DNA of 64,000 nt from Octopus sinensis (Eukaryota): the NCBI RefSeq assembly GCF_006345805.1, contig NC_043007.1, forward strand, positions 65,472,001-65,536,000, written 5' to 3'. The translations under genes were made by a program, and so were the position numbers. Positions 26,506-64,000 of the stretch are shown piece by piece (position 1 is the stretch's first letter; each line of letters begins with the position of its first letter). The notes under the pieces were generated by a model. That model did not search any database, was not told the DNA's origin, and was given only the letters and a program-made list of their open reading frames with translations.

Positions 26506-27039
26506 AACAGGCTTCTTTCAGTTTCCCTCAGCCAAATACACTCACAGGACATTTGCGCAAAATGCTATGCAGTGGAACTGAACCTGGAACCATGTGGTTG
26601 GGAAGCAAGCTTCTTACACACCCATGCCAAAAAAAAAAAGAAGAGAGATATTAGAAACAAAAGAGAGTATTAGGAAGAGATGATGATGATGAGGATGAGG
26701 ATGTTGAGTTGGTAATAAAAACAGGATAATGCAGAGAGAGAGAGAGAGAGGGGGAGATACTGAAGAGGATAAAAAACAGTTTAACCGATTACTGATGGAT
26801 TAGGAAAAATAGGAAAATAACAAAGAATAACAAACAGAAAAAGTAAAGAAAATAAGCACTGATACTATATTACGTATATGTATGTTTAATATAAAGAGAG
26901 GGAAATAAATACAAAGATATGTACATATCGATCTGTCTATGTATGTGTGTTCATATATATATATATATATATATATGAGAGCGAGTCAAAAGTAATGCAA
27001 ATCTCATTTATATTATTCCCTAATTCACCTTTCTACACA

Positions 27040-27250
27040 GATAGAGAGAGAGAAAGAGAGGAAGAGAGAGAAGGGAAGAGAGAGAAAGAAACGACTTAGA
27101 TTTTAATGTGCTTGCATGTCAAAGAGAGAGAGAGAGGAAAAGATATAAAGAGAGAGAGTAAAAGGGAGTGAGAGAGAGAGAGAGAGTAAATTAAGGGCAG
27201 AGAGAGTAAGATAAAACTAGAGGAAGACAGAGAAAAGAAAGCAAGTGAGA
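27040..27250. repeat. (GA)-rich polypurine tract upstream of the claspin promoter
   Basis: Direct reading of the sequence. Confidence 0.9.
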
Positions 27251-27293
27251 GCAGTGAGCGCTTACAAGAGAAATCGACCTCGCTGGACTCCAG

Positions 27294-27320
27294 TGCGCAT
27301 GCTTGAAATTTAGCGGGAAA
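27294..27320. promoter_or_regulatory. Putative claspin core promoter: NRF1-like site and E2F site with CHR-like element
   Basis: TGCGCATGC at 27294-27302; GCGGGAAA at 27313-27320 (TTTCCCGC on the minus strand), followed on the minus strand by a 4-nt spacer and TTTCAA. Lies right after a long GA tract and upstream of the first ATG/donor. Confidence 0.6.
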
Positions 27321-27434
27321 TACCAAACAGTTTTATTTTTCGTATAGTTTATTAATGTCTTGATGTTTCGTTAATATTTACATTGTACAACACAGATGTG
27401 TACATAATTTTTGACACCTGATTGTAGCCCAGTG

Positions 27435-63074
<35,640 letters not shown>

Positions 63075-63119
63075 GTTAGTATTGAACTAGGATTTCATTT
63101 GTTTTTGTTTCATTAACGA

Positions 63120-63840
63120 AATCCTAACTGGCTAACAATAGTTATTTTTTACTAAATTCATCATTATTTTTAAAACTAATTAAAACAAAGCAGTGTATTT
63201 CAACAGATATATAATAACAAAAGGGTTAACCCTTTTGATACCAACCCACCTGAGACAGCTTTTGATTGTTTTAACCCTTTAACATTCAAATTACTCTGTC
63301 AAATTTATTCGCATTGATTTGAATTAGTCCTGCATTATCTTTTAGCTTTGAGATTTCAATAACATGATTGTTTATTTTTAGAATGACATTGTAGGTTAAG
63401 TGTGAGAGGTCAGATCTGGCCACTTTTGAAGATTAAATAGATAGGTTATTTTGGCCAGATATGGCTGGTTTAAATGCTAAAGGGTTACAGAGGTCTGAAT
63501 TAAAACCTTCCATCAAAATTTCATGTTAGCATTCAAGCCATTCTGTCAAATGTAATGCTTATTTATTTATTCACATTGTTTTGAATTAATAACATATTAT
63601 CTTGTAGCTTCAAGATTTCAATGATGTAGTATTTTAATTTTAAAATGTCATTATAGAGTAGGGGTGAGGGGCTGGATCTGGCCAGTGTGATCATAAAGCA
63701 GGTAAAAATTTTGAATGGATATGGTTGGTTTAAATGCTAAAGGCTTAATTTATGTTTAGCTTAATAATGACTTATTTTATTGAATTCTTTATTTCTTACA
63801 AAATTAATTGAAACAAAAGCAGTGTACTTCAACAGAACGA
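63120..63840. mobile_element. Nested cluster of TTAA-type MITEs
   Basis: AAGGG-TTAA-CCCTTTT junction at 63221-63236; a second family inserted at 63275-63484 and about 63526-63748. Confidence 0.75.
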
Positions 63841-64000
63841 AGCTAACCAGAGAATCTCCATTCCTCCATAGAACATTACAAAATACTGATATTTTATTTG
63901 AAATTCTTCTGCTGCCATCCTTCCAATCTCCTGGGCCAGAATATTTGTTGTGAAGTTCACTTTAAATTATTAGGAGTTTCTTCCTCTGTTCAGTAATGAA

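Noticed and set aside
63075-64000. Claspin Chk1-binding repeats or terminal exons
   Set aside because: No further exon is recognisable here; the gene continues beyond the window, so its C-terminus cannot be assessed.

Overview
AT-rich, intron-rich animal genomic DNA. The dense microsatellites and tRNA-derived SINE families look like an octopus (coleoid cephalopod) genome; this is inferred from repeat content. The main feature is a plus-strand claspin (CLSPN) gene. Fifteen exons from 30340 to 63074 have canonical GT-AG sites and consistent phases and join into one open frame of about 910 codons. It carries claspin hallmarks (HSETQRLIRES, LPYH, KPG-SKL...YKLDNEE, EDTQDLY, SPMLDEQG) and continues past the window end. 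There are two competing 27-nt first coding exons (27435 and 29574) and an E2F/NRF1-type promoter near 27.3 kb. The left 27 kb holds microsatellites, a gap-flanking false duplication, transposon remnants (DD37D/maT, mariner, RTE, CR1) and splice-bounded unique islands that may be a divergent minus-strand gene. Introns hold SINEs, MITEs, mariner, piggyBac and Gypsy remnants. I did not find a convincing novel multi-gene system. The best leads are the claspin start-codon-switch exon, the candidate divergent gene, a phased E-box array, a foldback repeat and a B-box minisatellite.
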